From: Minisyncoccia bacterium
Lineage (GTDB): Bacteria; Patescibacteriota; Minisyncoccia; Phycocordibacterales; UBA918
Direction of reading: 5' to 3'
Length of the DNA: 64,000 bases
NCBI GenBank assembly: GCA_041738755.1
Contig: JBGSPE010000011.1
Span: 6,658-70,657 of the forward strand
Shown here: positions 49,354-60,233 of the stretch, one piece after another
Position numbering within the stretch: position 1 is the first letter of the stretch
Layout of the letters: each line of letters starts with the position of its first letter
The notes under the pieces: model-generated
What the model was told of the DNA's origin: nothing
The model's input: only the letters and a program-made list of their open reading frames with translations
The model's database searches: none
Translations under genes and position numbers: made by a program

Positions 49354-49784
49354 GTTGTTTAAATTTATGTTGTGTGAGTAGGCCGTGGTCCATAGTCACG
49401 CCCTCCTCTGAAGCCCGCACATCGTACAAGAGAAATCGACTTTTTGCAACAAAAAATAAAAGCTGCGGTGCTCGCCGCAGCTTTTTATTAAGAGGACACT
49501 GTCCATTGAGGATTAGCCGTAGTGCGCCAAATTGAACGAGCATTCAATCCAGTCAAGCTTTTCTTTGATTATCTGCTCATGGTGATGTCACAAAAGCAAC
49601 GAGCAGCAAAGTGGAAGGGTTTGTGTCGGCCCAACTCAAACTGTCCTCACCCCCATTCAAGCGCTCAGCGTGTGGTCGATTGGCCTCGTTGCCATTGCAC
49701 CCAGAACCTGGGAACCTGAGTTCGCTCCACTGAGTATAGCAAAAAGCCGCGGGTGAAGCTCGCGGCTTTTTGCTATACATTTAA

Positions 49785-49909
49785 CTAAACTTTCAAAATG
49801 AGATGTAGGACGCGAAGATTAGGAATTTTGCGAGGAAGACGTACTCAATGTACGGTGACTGAGCAACATTCCGTAGCGACAAAGTACTACGCTCATTTTG
49901 AGAGTTTAG
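49785..49909. repeat. about 125-bp imperfect palindromic element at the nusG stop
   Basis: Arms CTAAACTTTCAAAATGAG / CTCATTTTGAGAGTTTAG; inner CGTAC/GTACG. Confidence 0.65.
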
Positions 49910-50451
49910 ACCTTCTTAATTTGGAGGAAGTCCAACTCTACTGGAGTCTCCCGACCAAACATAGATACCAATACCTTCACCTTTCCACTCTTCTCATCGA
50001 CTTCTCCAACACGTCCTTCGAGTTCCTTGAATGGACCGTCGACAATCGTCACAATATCTCCAGCTGAGAGATCTACCTTGTGCTTGACGGTATCAGTCGT
50101 CATTTGCTTCATGAGTTCATTGTACTCAGCTTCAGTAAGGGGAACTGGCTGGGTACCACTTCCTACGAAACCAGTTACTCGTGGCGTATTTCGGACGACA
50201 AACCATGACTCATCATCCACCATCATTTCAACCAAAACGTATCCAGGGTAGATTCGTTCTTCTTCAGTCACTCGCTTCCCTCCTTTCACGCGAATCTTCT
50301 TTTCAGTTGGAACAACCACATTGAAAATTTTGTCGTTCATGTTGAGTGAGTCGATTCGTTGCTTCAAGTTTCGAGCTACCGCATTCTCATACCCAGAATA
50401 GGTGTGAATGACGTACCAGTTTCGCTCTCCAGTGCTATGTTGTTTTGCCAT
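49906..50451 (-). CDS. nusG: transcription factor NusG
   Basis: WYVIHTYSGYE, PGYVLVEM, VRNTPRVTGFVG, FGRETPVEL. Confidence 0.99.
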   Translation of the reverse strand: MAKQHSTGERNWYVIHTYSGYENAVARNLKQRIDSLNMNDKIFNVVVPTEKKIRVKGGKRVTEEERIYPGYVLVEMMVDDESWFVVRNTPRVTGFVGSGTQPVPLTEAEYNELMKQMTTDTVKHKVDLSAGDIVTIVDGPFKELEGRVGEVDEKSGKVKVLVSMFGRETPVELDFLQIKKV

Positions 50452-50455
50452 ATAA

Positions 50456-50644
50456 TTAGAATGTGTTAACGAGGAAATTAAGTCCTTGTGAAAAAAGGTA
50501 GTCAAACGCTCCAACGTAGAGTGCGACAATAACAGAAATAGCTACCACGAGTAAGGTGTAGAGGAGTGCTTGTTTTTGTGATGGCCAAGATACTTGTCTG
50601 AGTTCAGCGTAGGTAGCTCGGAAGTAGGTAGTGAGTCGGTTCAT
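50456..50644 (-). CDS. secE: preprotein translocase SecE
   Basis: ELRQVSWPS motif plus TM, directly upstream of nusG. Confidence 0.95.
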   Translation of the reverse strand: MNRLTTYFRATYAELRQVSWPSQKQALLYTLLVVAISVIVALYVGAFDYLFSQGLNFLVNTF

Positions 50645-51024
50645 GATAGTGGTGATTAGTGATAATGTTGCCCTGAGGGTGTTTTGATTTAAGGGTCCAG
50701 CGATATTGTCTAGGGCAAAGTGGTAACATTGCTGAACGTGCGTTCCTTTGCAGCTCTCCGCCAGTAGATTCTCCCTTGGGGGTCGAATCTACTGAGGAGC
50801 CTGCATGACCTAGTTTTTAGGAAGAATTTATTCGACCATAAAAACGGAAATGCTCTTGTGGTGAAATTCAGCATAGTCGCAGCTTTGCTGCTCCTTGCCT
50901 CATTTAAAAAAATCGCCTCTCGGCGGTTATTTACTATCATACGCTTATATCAAAAATTGTAAAGTGTAGCTTATACGAACGCAAAAAAGCCGGGGGCTAC
51001 CGCCCCCGGCCTTTTAGTAAAGCC

Positions 51025-51807
51025 TTATTTCACCTCGTACGTGACATTTACCGTCACGCTGGTCGTCTCCTCCCCGACTGGTAACTCTGGGCTCATAAAG
51101 TCACCAGCTTTAGCTTCCATAGCTACCGGCGTATCGTACATTGGATACATGCCCATATCTTCGTAGTAACTCACCATGCGGACAATTTCAACTCCGAGCT
51201 GGTCAGCTAAGATTTCTGCTTTCGCCTTGGCGTCTTCAATCGCGACCCTCTGGGCTTCTGCCTTTAGTGCATCGGTATCATCAATCGTAAAGGTAAGCCC
51301 ACTGATGTTACTAGCTTCACGTTCTCCAACTCCGGCGATAATTGCTCCCGCCTTATCGGTTGCTCGTACTTTCACGGTTACCGTTTGAAATACTTCAAAC
51401 CCATCTTCAATTTGCTCACCAGGAGGACAGAACGTATTGATTGGACACGGTCGTTCTTCAAACCGGTAGCGTGGCACAAGATTGTACCCTTCTGTTTTAA
51501 TATCTCTGTCTTCAATACCCTGTTCTTTTAAGTACGCTAAGATAGCATTCATCTTGGTAGCTGATTGTCCTTGGGCCTCTTCAGAAGTTGAAGCCTGTGC
51601 TTGTACCGTGAAAGAAAATTGTCCCAAGTCAGGCACTGCCAACACTTCTCCTTTGCCGCCAACCGAAATTGTTGATGGCATATTATTAGCATGTTTCGCT
51701 TGTTCCAGCGTCAGGTACGCATAGCTCAAGAGTGCAATAACTACAACGACGAGTGTCAATGAGCCGAGAGCTCGATTGAAGGTTGAGTGAAAAAAATGAT
51801 GGTCCAT
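51025..51807 (-). CDS. SIMPL (DUF541) domain protein
   Basis: ISV.G.GEV.AVPD, AIEDAKAKA..LA..LG, V.V.YE. Confidence 0.9.
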   Translation of the reverse strand: MDHHFFHSTFNRALGSLTLVVVVIALLSYAYLTLEQAKHANNMPSTISVGGKGEVLAVPDLGQFSFTVQAQASTSEEAQGQSATKMNAILAYLKEQGIEDRDIKTEGYNLVPRYRFEERPCPINTFCPPGEQIEDGFEVFQTVTVKVRATDKAGAIIAGVGEREASNISGLTFTIDDTDALKAEAQRVAIEDAKAKAEILADQLGVEIVRMVSYYEDMGMYPMYDTPVAMEAKAGDFMSPELPVGEETTSVTVNVTYEVK

Positions 51808-51814
51808 ATACTGA

Positions 51815-52762
51815 TTAATTAATGAGTGTTAAAAAACTTCTAATTGCTCGTCGGATGGTTGCGCCGGTCTCTTCCCCTGTACCGCACACTTCTGTAAACG
51901 CAACCATATCTTCTGCTGCCAAGGACGGGGGCTGTACAATCTCTTCCATTAAATAGTACATCAGTGAACCCTCACCTTCAACGTGGTCAATGCCTAGAGC
52001 ATGCCCAAATTCATGTGCCAAGACGCGCTCTAGTTCTGCATCATTAGAAAACTTGTAGATATTTATCCGATCTCCCTGGTAGTCTCCCTGAGTAAACTCA
52101 CGACTAAAGCCAAACTGCTGATTATATGATTCTACTTCCCGGTTATACTGATCAACGAGCACTTGTCCTTGTTCCCCGAGCTTATTTACTTCCGCAATCA
52201 AGTCATTCAACGTTCTGGTTTCAGCCTCTAGCGCATCTGACTCAGTTGCCAAGGCTCGTCGCTCTGCTTCAAGCTCAGCAAAGACACTTTCTGGTGCACC
52301 TCCCTGGTCGTTATAGCGGGCCACTTCTTGATTATAGGTACGCAAGCGAGATTCATAGGCAGCCAAGCGAACTTCGTACGCATTTTTTAGCGTTTGGTAC
52401 TCTTGTTGCAATCTCTCAATATTAAAGAAGATTTCTTCATTAGTAGCCTTTTTTTCATCGAGAGCTGCTTTCTCGCTGGTCTCTGAGTCAGCTAAGGCTT
52501 GTCGTTCATCAAATACGAAATTTACGGTAAAGTCGGCCGACTCATCGTAGGTAAACAATTCCCAACCGCTTTCTTCTTCCCAGACTCGCTCAGCCGCTTC
52601 GACATGAGCCCGAGCTTCCAGAGGAGATAAATTAAATGAACTATCAATTTCACCAATTCGGTACGAAAGTGGCACTGGGCACAAGTGTTTAGTATCTTGG
52701 TACCAATACACACTACCAAGAACCAAGGTGGCAATGAGAAAATATAGAAAACTACTACGCAT
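51815..52762 (-). CDS. matrixin-family zinc metalloprotease with coiled-coil insert
   Basis: HEFGHALGIDH plus Met-turn SLM. Confidence 0.88.
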   Translation of the reverse strand: MRSSFLYFLIATLVLGSVYWYQDTKHLCPVPLSYRIGEIDSSFNLSPLEARAHVEAAERVWEEESGWELFTYDESADFTVNFVFDERQALADSETSEKAALDEKKATNEEIFFNIERLQQEYQTLKNAYEVRLAAYESRLRTYNQEVARYNDQGGAPESVFAELEAERRALATESDALEAETRTLNDLIAEVNKLGEQGQVLVDQYNREVESYNQQFGFSREFTQGDYQGDRINIYKFSNDAELERVLAHEFGHALGIDHVEGEGSLMYYLMEEIVQPPSLAAEDMVAFTEVCGTGEETGATIRRAIRSFLTLIN

Positions 52763-53012
52763 AAGCCTTTAAGCTAAACATGTCTCGGAAGAAAAAACAA
52801 ACGGCACAGAGCGGGGACTGCGTAGTCGCGATACGTAGTCCCTATTCTGTGCCGTTTATAATATAAAACAGTTCGCAAGAGTGTTCTCTCACCCTTTCAT
52901 CATACCGCATCAGCCACTTCCGAGCGCAAAGATTTCAACAGGCAAAAGAAAATCCCTTGGACACTCGAAACGAATCGAAGTGTCCAAGGGACTAAGACTT
53001 AAAGACCATGAT

Positions 53013-53639
53013 TCAGACAGTCAGGTGCGGCACGACCAACTGCAGATAACGGTTGGTGATCCAAGAACAATCCTGGTCGAAATGATTTACCCAAACCCTA
53101 AGCCTGCTACGGTACTCGCTGACAATGGCGACGAATAATTTACCCTCAACTTCAAATAGAAAGAAGGTTGCGTAGTTACTATTACGTAAGAGGCTGCGAA
53201 ATCTATAAGCAAACCCGGTGATTTGTCCCTGACTCAGTACAAGTGAGCTAGGATCAGTTGAGAGCGAACCGAACAGAGTTTGATAATCGCCAGCCTTCGA
53301 CACCTCATAGATATCGACGACGGTTTCGTCTGTGTCATGACCAGCTCTGTCCGTACCCAGCGACTTAAAGTCATCATCAATGTTGCCAGTGAAGACGTCA
53401 CTTGCCTCTGCGAGCATTACTTCACCCTTCGTCGGAGCCAGAGTCGTCGACTCTTTATACCAAAGATACGTAGTGCTACGAATCCTACCTTCAACAACAA
53501 GACCAACTGGGTCGGTCAAAAAGCTAAGATGCCTTTTCAGTCGCAGCGGGTTTTCGATCCAATTCTGCATCATATCTGGCCGAACATCAGGCAATGCTTG
53601 ATTGATGACTGAGATGAACTTGGCAGTTTGTCTATCCAT
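53013..53639 (-). CDS. hypothetical protein
   Basis: 208-aa ORF with a downstream hairpin. Confidence 0.65.
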   Translation of the reverse strand: MDRQTAKFISVINQALPDVRPDMMQNWIENPLRLKRHLSFLTDPVGLVVEGRIRSTTYLWYKESTTLAPTKGEVMLAEASDVFTGNIDDDFKSLGTDRAGHDTDETVVDIYEVSKAGDYQTLFGSLSTDPSSLVLSQGQITGFAYRFRSLLRNSNYATFFLFEVEGKLFVAIVSEYRSRLRVWVNHFDQDCSWITNRYLQLVVPHLTV

Positions 53640-53847
53640 GACGTTTTTTCCTATCGGGTTTCGTCAGTCGCTAGAGGGCCTAACCATGTAATTGGGTTTG
53701 CCATAGCTGTCGATAGTCAATTACTTCACTTGCGACAGCTATAGCAAACATGTAAAAGAACTTCTGGTATTTGACTATAAAACTGGTTTAAATGCAATAG
53801 TACACAAAACAGCCGGTCGCGAAGCGACCGGCTGTTTTGTGTATTTT

Positions 53848-55536
53848 TTACTTCTTACTCGCTTCCTGTTCTTGCAACTTCTTGCGCACCATTTGTTGGG
53901 CTGCATTCATAGAGTGCTGATAGTAGAGACTCTTGATGCCTTGCTTCCACGCTTGGATATACAACTGGTTGATATCCTTCACTGGTGTATCAGGTGCCAC
54001 CATGATGTTGAGTGACTGACCTTGGTCAATGTATTGCTGGCGGTCGGCCGCTTGTTCAATAATCTTGCTTTGGTCGATTTCTGAGAAGGTTCGGAACACC
54101 GCTCGCTCATTATCAGAAAGGAAATCGAGGTGCTGAACTGAACCATCATTGTCTCGAATACTATCCCAGGTGACTTTGTCATCCTTTCCTTTTGAAGCCA
54201 AGAGCGCTTGCAAGGTTGGGTTTTTAATCGTCACCTTCATCTTCGCAACGTCTTTGACGTAGCAGTTTGACCAGATTGGTTCAATACCTTGTGAGACCTG
54301 ACCGAGAATAAAGGCTGAAGACGTGGTTGGTGCAATCGCCATAAGTGTACTGTTGCGACGACCATAGCCCTTGAGAACCTCTGGTTCTCCAAGCTCAGTT
54401 GCCAGTCGCTTTGACTCTTCTAGTGCCTTGGTATGGATAGTTGAGAATACTTCTGAGTTCAGCGTAGCCCCCTCATCACTTTCAAAGGCTAGCTCTTTAG
54501 CCTGCAAGAGTGAGTGGTAGCCAAGGACACCGAGACCGAGAGCGCGGTTGGCTTTCGCGAAGTTGTACGCTCGTGACATGAAGTCAAAGGCTCGACGCTT
54601 TTCTTCATTTTCATGATCTCGCATCGCTTCGAGCTTCACAATGAAGTCTTCCATCACAGCATCAAGGAAGGCGGTCATAGTTTCTACCAAGTCGGTATCT
54701 TTCCATGCATCATAGTGGAGCAAGTTGATTGAAGAGAGACAACACACAAATGACCAGTCAGCCTTGCTTGGAAGCATGATCTCGCTACACATGTTACTGG
54801 CGTAGATAGTGAGATTCTGATCTTTGTAGGCGTCAACAGTATTTTTATTGGCCGTGTCATTGAACATGATGTATGGGTAACCCATTTCACCACGTCGTTG
54901 AATAATTCGAGCCCAAATCTTTCGCTTGGCTTCATCGCCCGCAATCATACTCTCCATCCACTCATCCCCTACCGTTACCCCGTGCGTAAGCTTTTGGATT
55001 GGATTTCCTTCAGTTCCAATATCAAGGAACTCCATGACGTCTGGGTGCTCAGCTGGGAGATACGGTGAGAAGTGCCCGCGACGAACTGACCCTTGGCTTA
55101 CCACATTGATAAGGGTTTCAAACAGCTGCATGAAGTGTACCGAACCAGACGAGTGTCCATTTCCATCTGAAATTCCTGCTCCTCGCTCACGTACGGCTCC
55201 GAAGTAGCCTGAGCAACCTCCGCCGTACTTACTCATCATCCCAACTTCGGCGTTCGTAAAGAGAATACTCCCCATATTGTCATCAACGTACGACCCAAAA
55301 CAACTAATTGGGAGGCCTTTGTTAATACCAAAGTTTGACCACACTGGTGAAGCCAGTGAAATCCAGCCCTTTGACATGTAGTCAACGAACTTATCAGCGA
55401 AGCCTGGGCGGTTTAAAAATGTTTCCGCAGCTTTAGCTATAACGGTAATTCGGTCTTCGGCGGTTTGGCCTTCATTCAAATATCCTCGGGCTAGAAACGC
55501 GCGACTGTTATCGTTAAGCCAATACCATGGTTCCAT
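53848..55536 (-). CDS. nrdA: class I ribonucleotide reductase alpha subunit without ATP-cone
   Basis: PISCF, SNMCSEI, RALGLG..G, AIAPT, SLYY. Confidence 0.95.
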   Translation of the reverse strand: MEPWYWLNDNSRAFLARGYLNEGQTAEDRITVIAKAAETFLNRPGFADKFVDYMSKGWISLASPVWSNFGINKGLPISCFGSYVDDNMGSILFTNAEVGMMSKYGGGCSGYFGAVRERGAGISDGNGHSSGSVHFMQLFETLINVVSQGSVRRGHFSPYLPAEHPDVMEFLDIGTEGNPIQKLTHGVTVGDEWMESMIAGDEAKRKIWARIIQRRGEMGYPYIMFNDTANKNTVDAYKDQNLTIYASNMCSEIMLPSKADWSFVCCLSSINLLHYDAWKDTDLVETMTAFLDAVMEDFIVKLEAMRDHENEEKRRAFDFMSRAYNFAKANRALGLGVLGYHSLLQAKELAFESDEGATLNSEVFSTIHTKALEESKRLATELGEPEVLKGYGRRNSTLMAIAPTTSSAFILGQVSQGIEPIWSNCYVKDVAKMKVTIKNPTLQALLASKGKDDKVTWDSIRDNDGSVQHLDFLSDNERAVFRTFSEIDQSKIIEQAADRQQYIDQGQSLNIMVAPDTPVKDINQLYIQAWKQGIKSLYYQHSMNAAQQMVRKKLQEQEASKK

Positions 55537-55569
55537 ATACTTTCTTTCTGTTAGGCGTTGTTAAGTTTT

Positions 55570-56883
55570 TTAGAAGAGGTCGTCACTTGTGACACTTGAT
55601 GATCGTTTGTTGTAGTTGATTGATCGCTTGTGGAAGAAGTCGACGTGCTTGGTAGCAATAACTTCGTTATCAAACCAGTCTGTTTCCTCAAGGAGAGCGT
55701 CACTCACTTGGAAGATACGCGGCATACCAATCGCTGCGAGTGAATTATTGAACCGGTGTTTGATGAACTCCTTCACGTTAGCGGCTGGAAGGAAACTCAA
55801 TTCCCCTGCTTCATAAATCCAATCTACCACTTTGCTTTCAGCTTCAAATGCTTCGATACACGCTTGTTCAATCATAGCTTTACATTCATCATCAAACCAT
55901 TCTGGGTGTTCGCTCTTGATGATATTAATCACATCAATCCCAAACATACCATGGAGATTTTCTTCTTTTGAAGTCGCTTCAACTGCGTTACTAATACCTT
56001 TGAAGATATTTCGGTGCTTGTTGAATGACATGATAATCAAGAACTGTGAGAACAGTGAGACGTGCTCAACAAAAAGTGAGAAGAGCATGACTGACTTGAA
56101 GTACTCACGATTGTCTTGGGTACGAGATAGTTCACTGACCTTATCAAGGTAATCCATCCGTTCTTGAATAACGGGAATATTTTTGATGTTCTTGAATTCA
56201 TTATTGAGTCCAAGAATTTCAAGCAAGTGTGAGTAGGCGTCAGTGTGACGAACTTCTGACTCAGCAAAGGTCGCTCCGACTGCTCCAATCTCAGCCTTTG
56301 GCATCTTCTTGTAGATATCACCCCAGAAGCTCTTTACTGACACTTCAATCTGAGCAATCGCAAGCATGGCATTCTTGATAGCACTTCTCTCAACGTCGTT
56401 TACGTTGACGTGAAAATCCTGTACGTCAGATGTGTAGTTGAACTCGGTGTGGACCCAGTATGAGTGTCGAATAGCGTTTGTGTATTCGTAGAGATCAGGA
56501 TATTCGTATGGCTTGAGGTGCGCTCGCTTGGCGAAGATGTCTCGTTCTCGGAGTTTCTTTCGTTCGTTTCGGTAAATGATGTAAGTCTTGGCCGTAACAT
56601 ACAAATCCTTTTCCATGAGGGCTTGTTCTACCAAGTCTTGGATTTCTTCAACAGCTGGACTTCCATCAATACATTTACGAGCAATCGGGTCTTCTGGAGA
56701 GGCGGTACCAGCCTGCACACACATAGCGACCACTTTTTGGTGAGCCAGCTCAGCCACTTCAATTGCGACTGAACGATCTCCTTCACCGGTTTCAGCAAGA
56801 GCTTTCGCTACAGCGTTTTCAATCTTGGTGATATCAAACGGCTTGACTGAGCCGTCACGCTTGCGAATGGTTTCAATTTTCAT
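55570..56883 (-). CDS. nrdB: class I ribonucleotide reductase beta subunit with N-terminal ATP-cone
   Basis: IRKRDG..KPFD..KI...VEEIQDLVE..LM ATP-cone; ESEVRH..AY, VEHVSLF, EENLH metal ligands. Confidence 0.93.
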   Translation of the reverse strand: MKIETIRKRDGSVKPFDITKIENAVAKALAETGEGDRSVAIEVAELAHQKVVAMCVQAGTASPEDPIARKCIDGSPAVEEIQDLVEQALMEKDLYVTAKTYIIYRNERKKLRERDIFAKRAHLKPYEYPDLYEYTNAIRHSYWVHTEFNYTSDVQDFHVNVNDVERSAIKNAMLAIAQIEVSVKSFWGDIYKKMPKAEIGAVGATFAESEVRHTDAYSHLLEILGLNNEFKNIKNIPVIQERMDYLDKVSELSRTQDNREYFKSVMLFSLFVEHVSLFSQFLIIMSFNKHRNIFKGISNAVEATSKEENLHGMFGIDVINIIKSEHPEWFDDECKAMIEQACIEAFEAESKVVDWIYEAGELSFLPAANVKEFIKHRFNNSLAAIGMPRIFQVSDALLEETDWFDNEVIATKHVDFFHKRSINYNKRSSSVTSDDLF

Positions 56884-57304
56884 ACGAATAATTATGCTTT
56901 TAAGGTTGTACGTTGGGACGTAAAATCACGCGCGAACATAATTGGTGGTAGATTTGTTAGCCTATGATACCGGCTAACACAATTAGGTTCAAGAGCGATT
57001 AGGTAAGGTTGCGACAAACACACCGCCGTATAAGTTTACAGCCTTTGAAACTTAGAAAGTTGTGTGTCTTACCTCCGACACACGAGACGCCGTGTGATTT
57101 ATTTACTATAGCATTAATCGAGGGCTTGGCCATTTCTCAAGGCATCAAAAAAAGGTTATTTTTCGTTCGCTATCCACAGGGTTTTTGGGGACAGCCGGTT
57201 AGAGAATACTTTTACGTTTTGCCAAGATTATCAACCGGTGAAAATTGTTTTGTGGTATGAAAACAGGGCAGACACCGAAGGTGTCTGCCCTGTTTCTCTC
57301 CCCT

Positions 57305-57706
57305 CTACTTCGCTTGCAGTGAATCTCGGATTTCTCGCAAGAGTTTTACCTCTTCAGATGGCTCAGCGACCTTTTTGGCGGCCGCCTCTTCTTCGGCCTT
57401 CTTATCAAATGATGCCTTAGCCTTACTCATCGCCTTTACGGCTAAGAAAATTACCAAGGCAACAATCAAAAAGTCGATGACCGATTGAATAAAGACACCG
57501 TAGGTCACTTGAGCATTTCCTACGTTGTAACTCAAGCCAGAAAAATCTACCCCACCCATGAGTAGTCCAATCAGCGGTGTCACCACATCAGCCACTAAAG
57601 AAGAAACTATCTTCCCAAAGGCGGCACCAATGATAACTGCTACTGCCAAATCAATCACATTGCCCTTCATGGCAAAGGCTTTAAATTCTTCAATAAATGA
57701 TTTCAT
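57305..57706 (-). CDS. mscL: large-conductance mechanosensitive channel
   Basis: [33 protein letters not shown]. Confidence 0.99.
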   Translation of the reverse strand: MKSFIEEFKAFAMKGNVIDLAVAVIIGAAFGKIVSSLVADVVTPLIGLLMGGVDFSGLSYNVGNAQVTYGVFIQSVIDFLIVALVIFLAVKAMSKAKASFDKKAEEEAAAKKVAEPSEEVKLLREIRDSLQAK

Positions 57707-57758
57707 ATATTGCTTATATATTTAAATATCTCCACTAATTACCCGAGTATACCTGATT

Positions 57759-58889
57759 TTAATGATGGTGGTGAGCGTGATGAGCGACATCGTGAGGATC
57801 AACGGTACGGGTACTAAAGTACCACGCAGCAACCAAAGTCGTAGCTGGTACAGCCAAAATCAACCCCATACTCCCAATCACAATTCGGACGAGTTCCACT
57901 GCTATCACTTCTTGATTAATACTCAGCCACCAATCACTTTGGGTTTTTGAATAGAGCAAGATAAGTGGTAGGGCGACTCCCACATACGCCAACGCCAACG
58001 TATTCACGAGCGACCCAATATGATCGCGCCCTACCTTAATCGCTCGATTATACAATTCACGCAAGCCAAGGCTCGAGTTCGCTGCTTTCAATTCCTGAAC
58101 TACCGAAGCTTGCGTAATCGACACATCGTCTAGCACACCCAAGATACCGATAATGATACTACCAAGTAGCAGTGCTGAAAGATCAAGCTCTCCATCAGTT
58201 GCAAAGTTAAGATACACCGACGCATCAGCACTGAAGCCGGTGAATTTAAGGTACCCCATCATGATGATGGTAAAGAGTCCAGTAATAATTACTGAGCTGA
58301 GGGTACCAATAAAGGCAATCCCGCTCCGAGCATTGATACCATGAGTTCCAAACAGAACCACAAAGAGCACCATCCCCGCAATTCCAATAATAGTAGCAAC
58401 GGGAGGGTATCCCGCTAAAAGCGCTGGTATCAAAAGGAGGAAGATAGCCGCGATACTCACCGCCAGAGAGAGTAACGCCCTCACTCCTTGCCACCTGGTA
58501 AAGAATAAGAGGATGACCACAAACAGTCCGATGGTGAAGAACAGGGCCGGCCGTCGTTCGTAATCAAAGTACGTAACGTACTCATCCCCATTGACGGTTT
58601 CAACCAGATTCACAAAAATCTTATCCCCCACCTCAAGGTCGACTACCTCATTTTCTATCTCCATCTCTTCTCCATCACGCTTACCAGATTGAAATACAAT
58701 CTTCACTACCTGTACGTTGGCAGTAGCGTCCGTACCAATAATCTGCCGCTCGGTTTCAGAAATAATCTCGAGCACTTCAGCTCGCGCAATTTCTTGATAA
58801 TCCTGATGGAGCTCTTGCGCCTGACTCAGTGCCGGCACAGAAAAAGCCACGAATACCAAGGTGGCTTTAAAAAATGAGACGCGCGACAT
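57759..58889 (-). CDS. YibE/F-family membrane protein
   Basis: GVLDDVSITQAS, VGRDHIGSLVNTL.LAY.G, His-rich tail. Confidence 0.92.
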   Translation of the reverse strand: MSRVSFFKATLVFVAFSVPALSQAQELHQDYQEIARAEVLEIISETERQIIGTDATANVQVVKIVFQSGKRDGEEMEIENEVVDLEVGDKIFVNLVETVNGDEYVTYFDYERRPALFFTIGLFVVILLFFTRWQGVRALLSLAVSIAAIFLLLIPALLAGYPPVATIIGIAGMVLFVVLFGTHGINARSGIAFIGTLSSVIITGLFTIIMMGYLKFTGFSADASVYLNFATDGELDLSALLLGSIIIGILGVLDDVSITQASVVQELKAANSSLGLRELYNRAIKVGRDHIGSLVNTLALAYVGVALPLILLYSKTQSDWWLSINQEVIAVELVRIVIGSMGLILAVPATTLVAAWYFSTRTVDPHDVAHHAHHHH

Positions 58890-59088
58890 AGAAACCAATT
58901 CCAGCTGAAATTACCAGGGCAAAAATAAGAACGAGAATAAATGATGCTTGATCCATATATATGAAGCTTAACGAACTTTCTCTACCATTGCAATCTTGTA
59001 GTTTTATTTTGTAACTCGACAAACGTACGTAAAACCGCTAGTATAGCGTCCACAGAGAAGGGTTGTATCCCCTCTTTGAAAACAATAT

Positions 59089-59161
59089 GGCGGCTATAGT
59101 ATAGCGGTTAGTGCATCGGTTTGTGGTACCGAAAGTTCGGGTTCGATTCCCGGTAGCCGCC
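59089..59161 (+). tRNA. tRNA-His(GTG)
   Basis: G-1 plus acceptor GCGGCTA/TAGCCGC, C discriminator, anticodon stem TCGGT/ACCGA with loop TTGTGGT, T-loop GTTCGATTC. Confidence 0.95.
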
Positions 59162-59304
59162 CTAATGCCCTTGCCTCGCAAGGGAACAATCTAAATAAAG
59201 ATAATTTGGTTCAACTACGTTGGGTTATTTTAGTGCCTATTGTCCGTAGGGGAACCAGAAATGTTTTGAAGTCTTCCCACATGGTGCACACCGATTTTTT
59301 AAAT

Positions 59305-60117
59305 CTATTTAAGAGTTTCAATAAACTCTTTCACATCATCTTCCTTTGTCCGAACTTCATCAGATCGCTTCCAAACCAGATCAAATTGGGAGCGGAGTGT
59401 TTTTGCCAAATCACCACTTTCAACAATAAAACCGAAGCCTTCTTTTCGGGATGAAAGAAAGGCAATTTTATTTCCGTAAATCCAATACCCCATTGAAAAA
59501 TCGATATTATTTGGAGCACTTCTAATCTCACGTTTAAAATCGCTCCCAGCCCCAAGGTATGGATGCTTTTTAAAATTTACTACTTGATTCTCAGGCCAAA
59601 TAGCACGCACCGAAATGTTCCGCTTAATCCTTTCTTGATTATGCTTGCGAAAAAATTCTGGAGAAAGCACATCCACCATGGTTTCAATTGGCCAAAGTGC
59701 TTCTGTTTCAACATCTCGATAGAGCAGCATGTCTTTTAAAACTTTTTCCAAACCATCAGCTGATTCGTAGAGCTCAAGCTTTGGAGATAAGTAGGAGTCT
59801 GTCACTATTTCCCTCACTTGCTTCAATGACTCCCTGTATTGTTGTTCAGCGCTCTCTATCTCGGCTTTGTAATCAGAAAAAATGTCTGCAATTCTATCTG
59901 GATGAATTGGAACAAACCTTTTTACCCCGCTTTGTTGGGTTTCGGTTACCAAGCCCTTTAAAATTAGTCGTTTTAAAACGACATACACTGACGGTCGTGG
60001 AATCCCTGCAGATTTAGCTAATGCGCCGGCACTAACTGTGCCAGAAGAAAGTAATGTTAAATACAAGCGTGATTCTTCAGCAGAAATACCAATTTTCTCT
60101 AAAGATTTTTCGAGCAT
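59305..60117 (-). CDS. TrmB-family transcriptional regulator
   Basis: L..IG.S..E..LYL.LL, LAK.AGIPRPSVY..L..L..KGLV, IYGNKIAF. Confidence 0.9.
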   Translation of the reverse strand: MLEKSLEKIGISAEESRLYLTLLSSGTVSAGALAKSAGIPRPSVYVVLKRLILKGLVTETQQSGVKRFVPIHPDRIADIFSDYKAEIESAEQQYRESLKQVREIVTDSYLSPKLELYESADGLEKVLKDMLLYRDVETEALWPIETMVDVLSPEFFRKHNQERIKRNISVRAIWPENQVVNFKKHPYLGAGSDFKREIRSAPNNIDFSMGYWIYGNKIAFLSSRKEGFGFIVESGDLAKTLRSQFDLVWKRSDEVRTKEDDVKEFIETLK

Positions 60118-60233
60118 GTTGTTGTAACACTACAACACTATTTATATAAAGTCTATAATGGCCCAGTATAGCAATACATCTTTCGTGTTTTATTACGGTG
60201 ACAAAGATGTGTTCCACACTCAGGAGAAGTTTA

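Noticed and set aside
56884-57260. NrdR boxes or riboswitch upstream of nrdB
   Set aside because: No convincing match to a consensus by eye.
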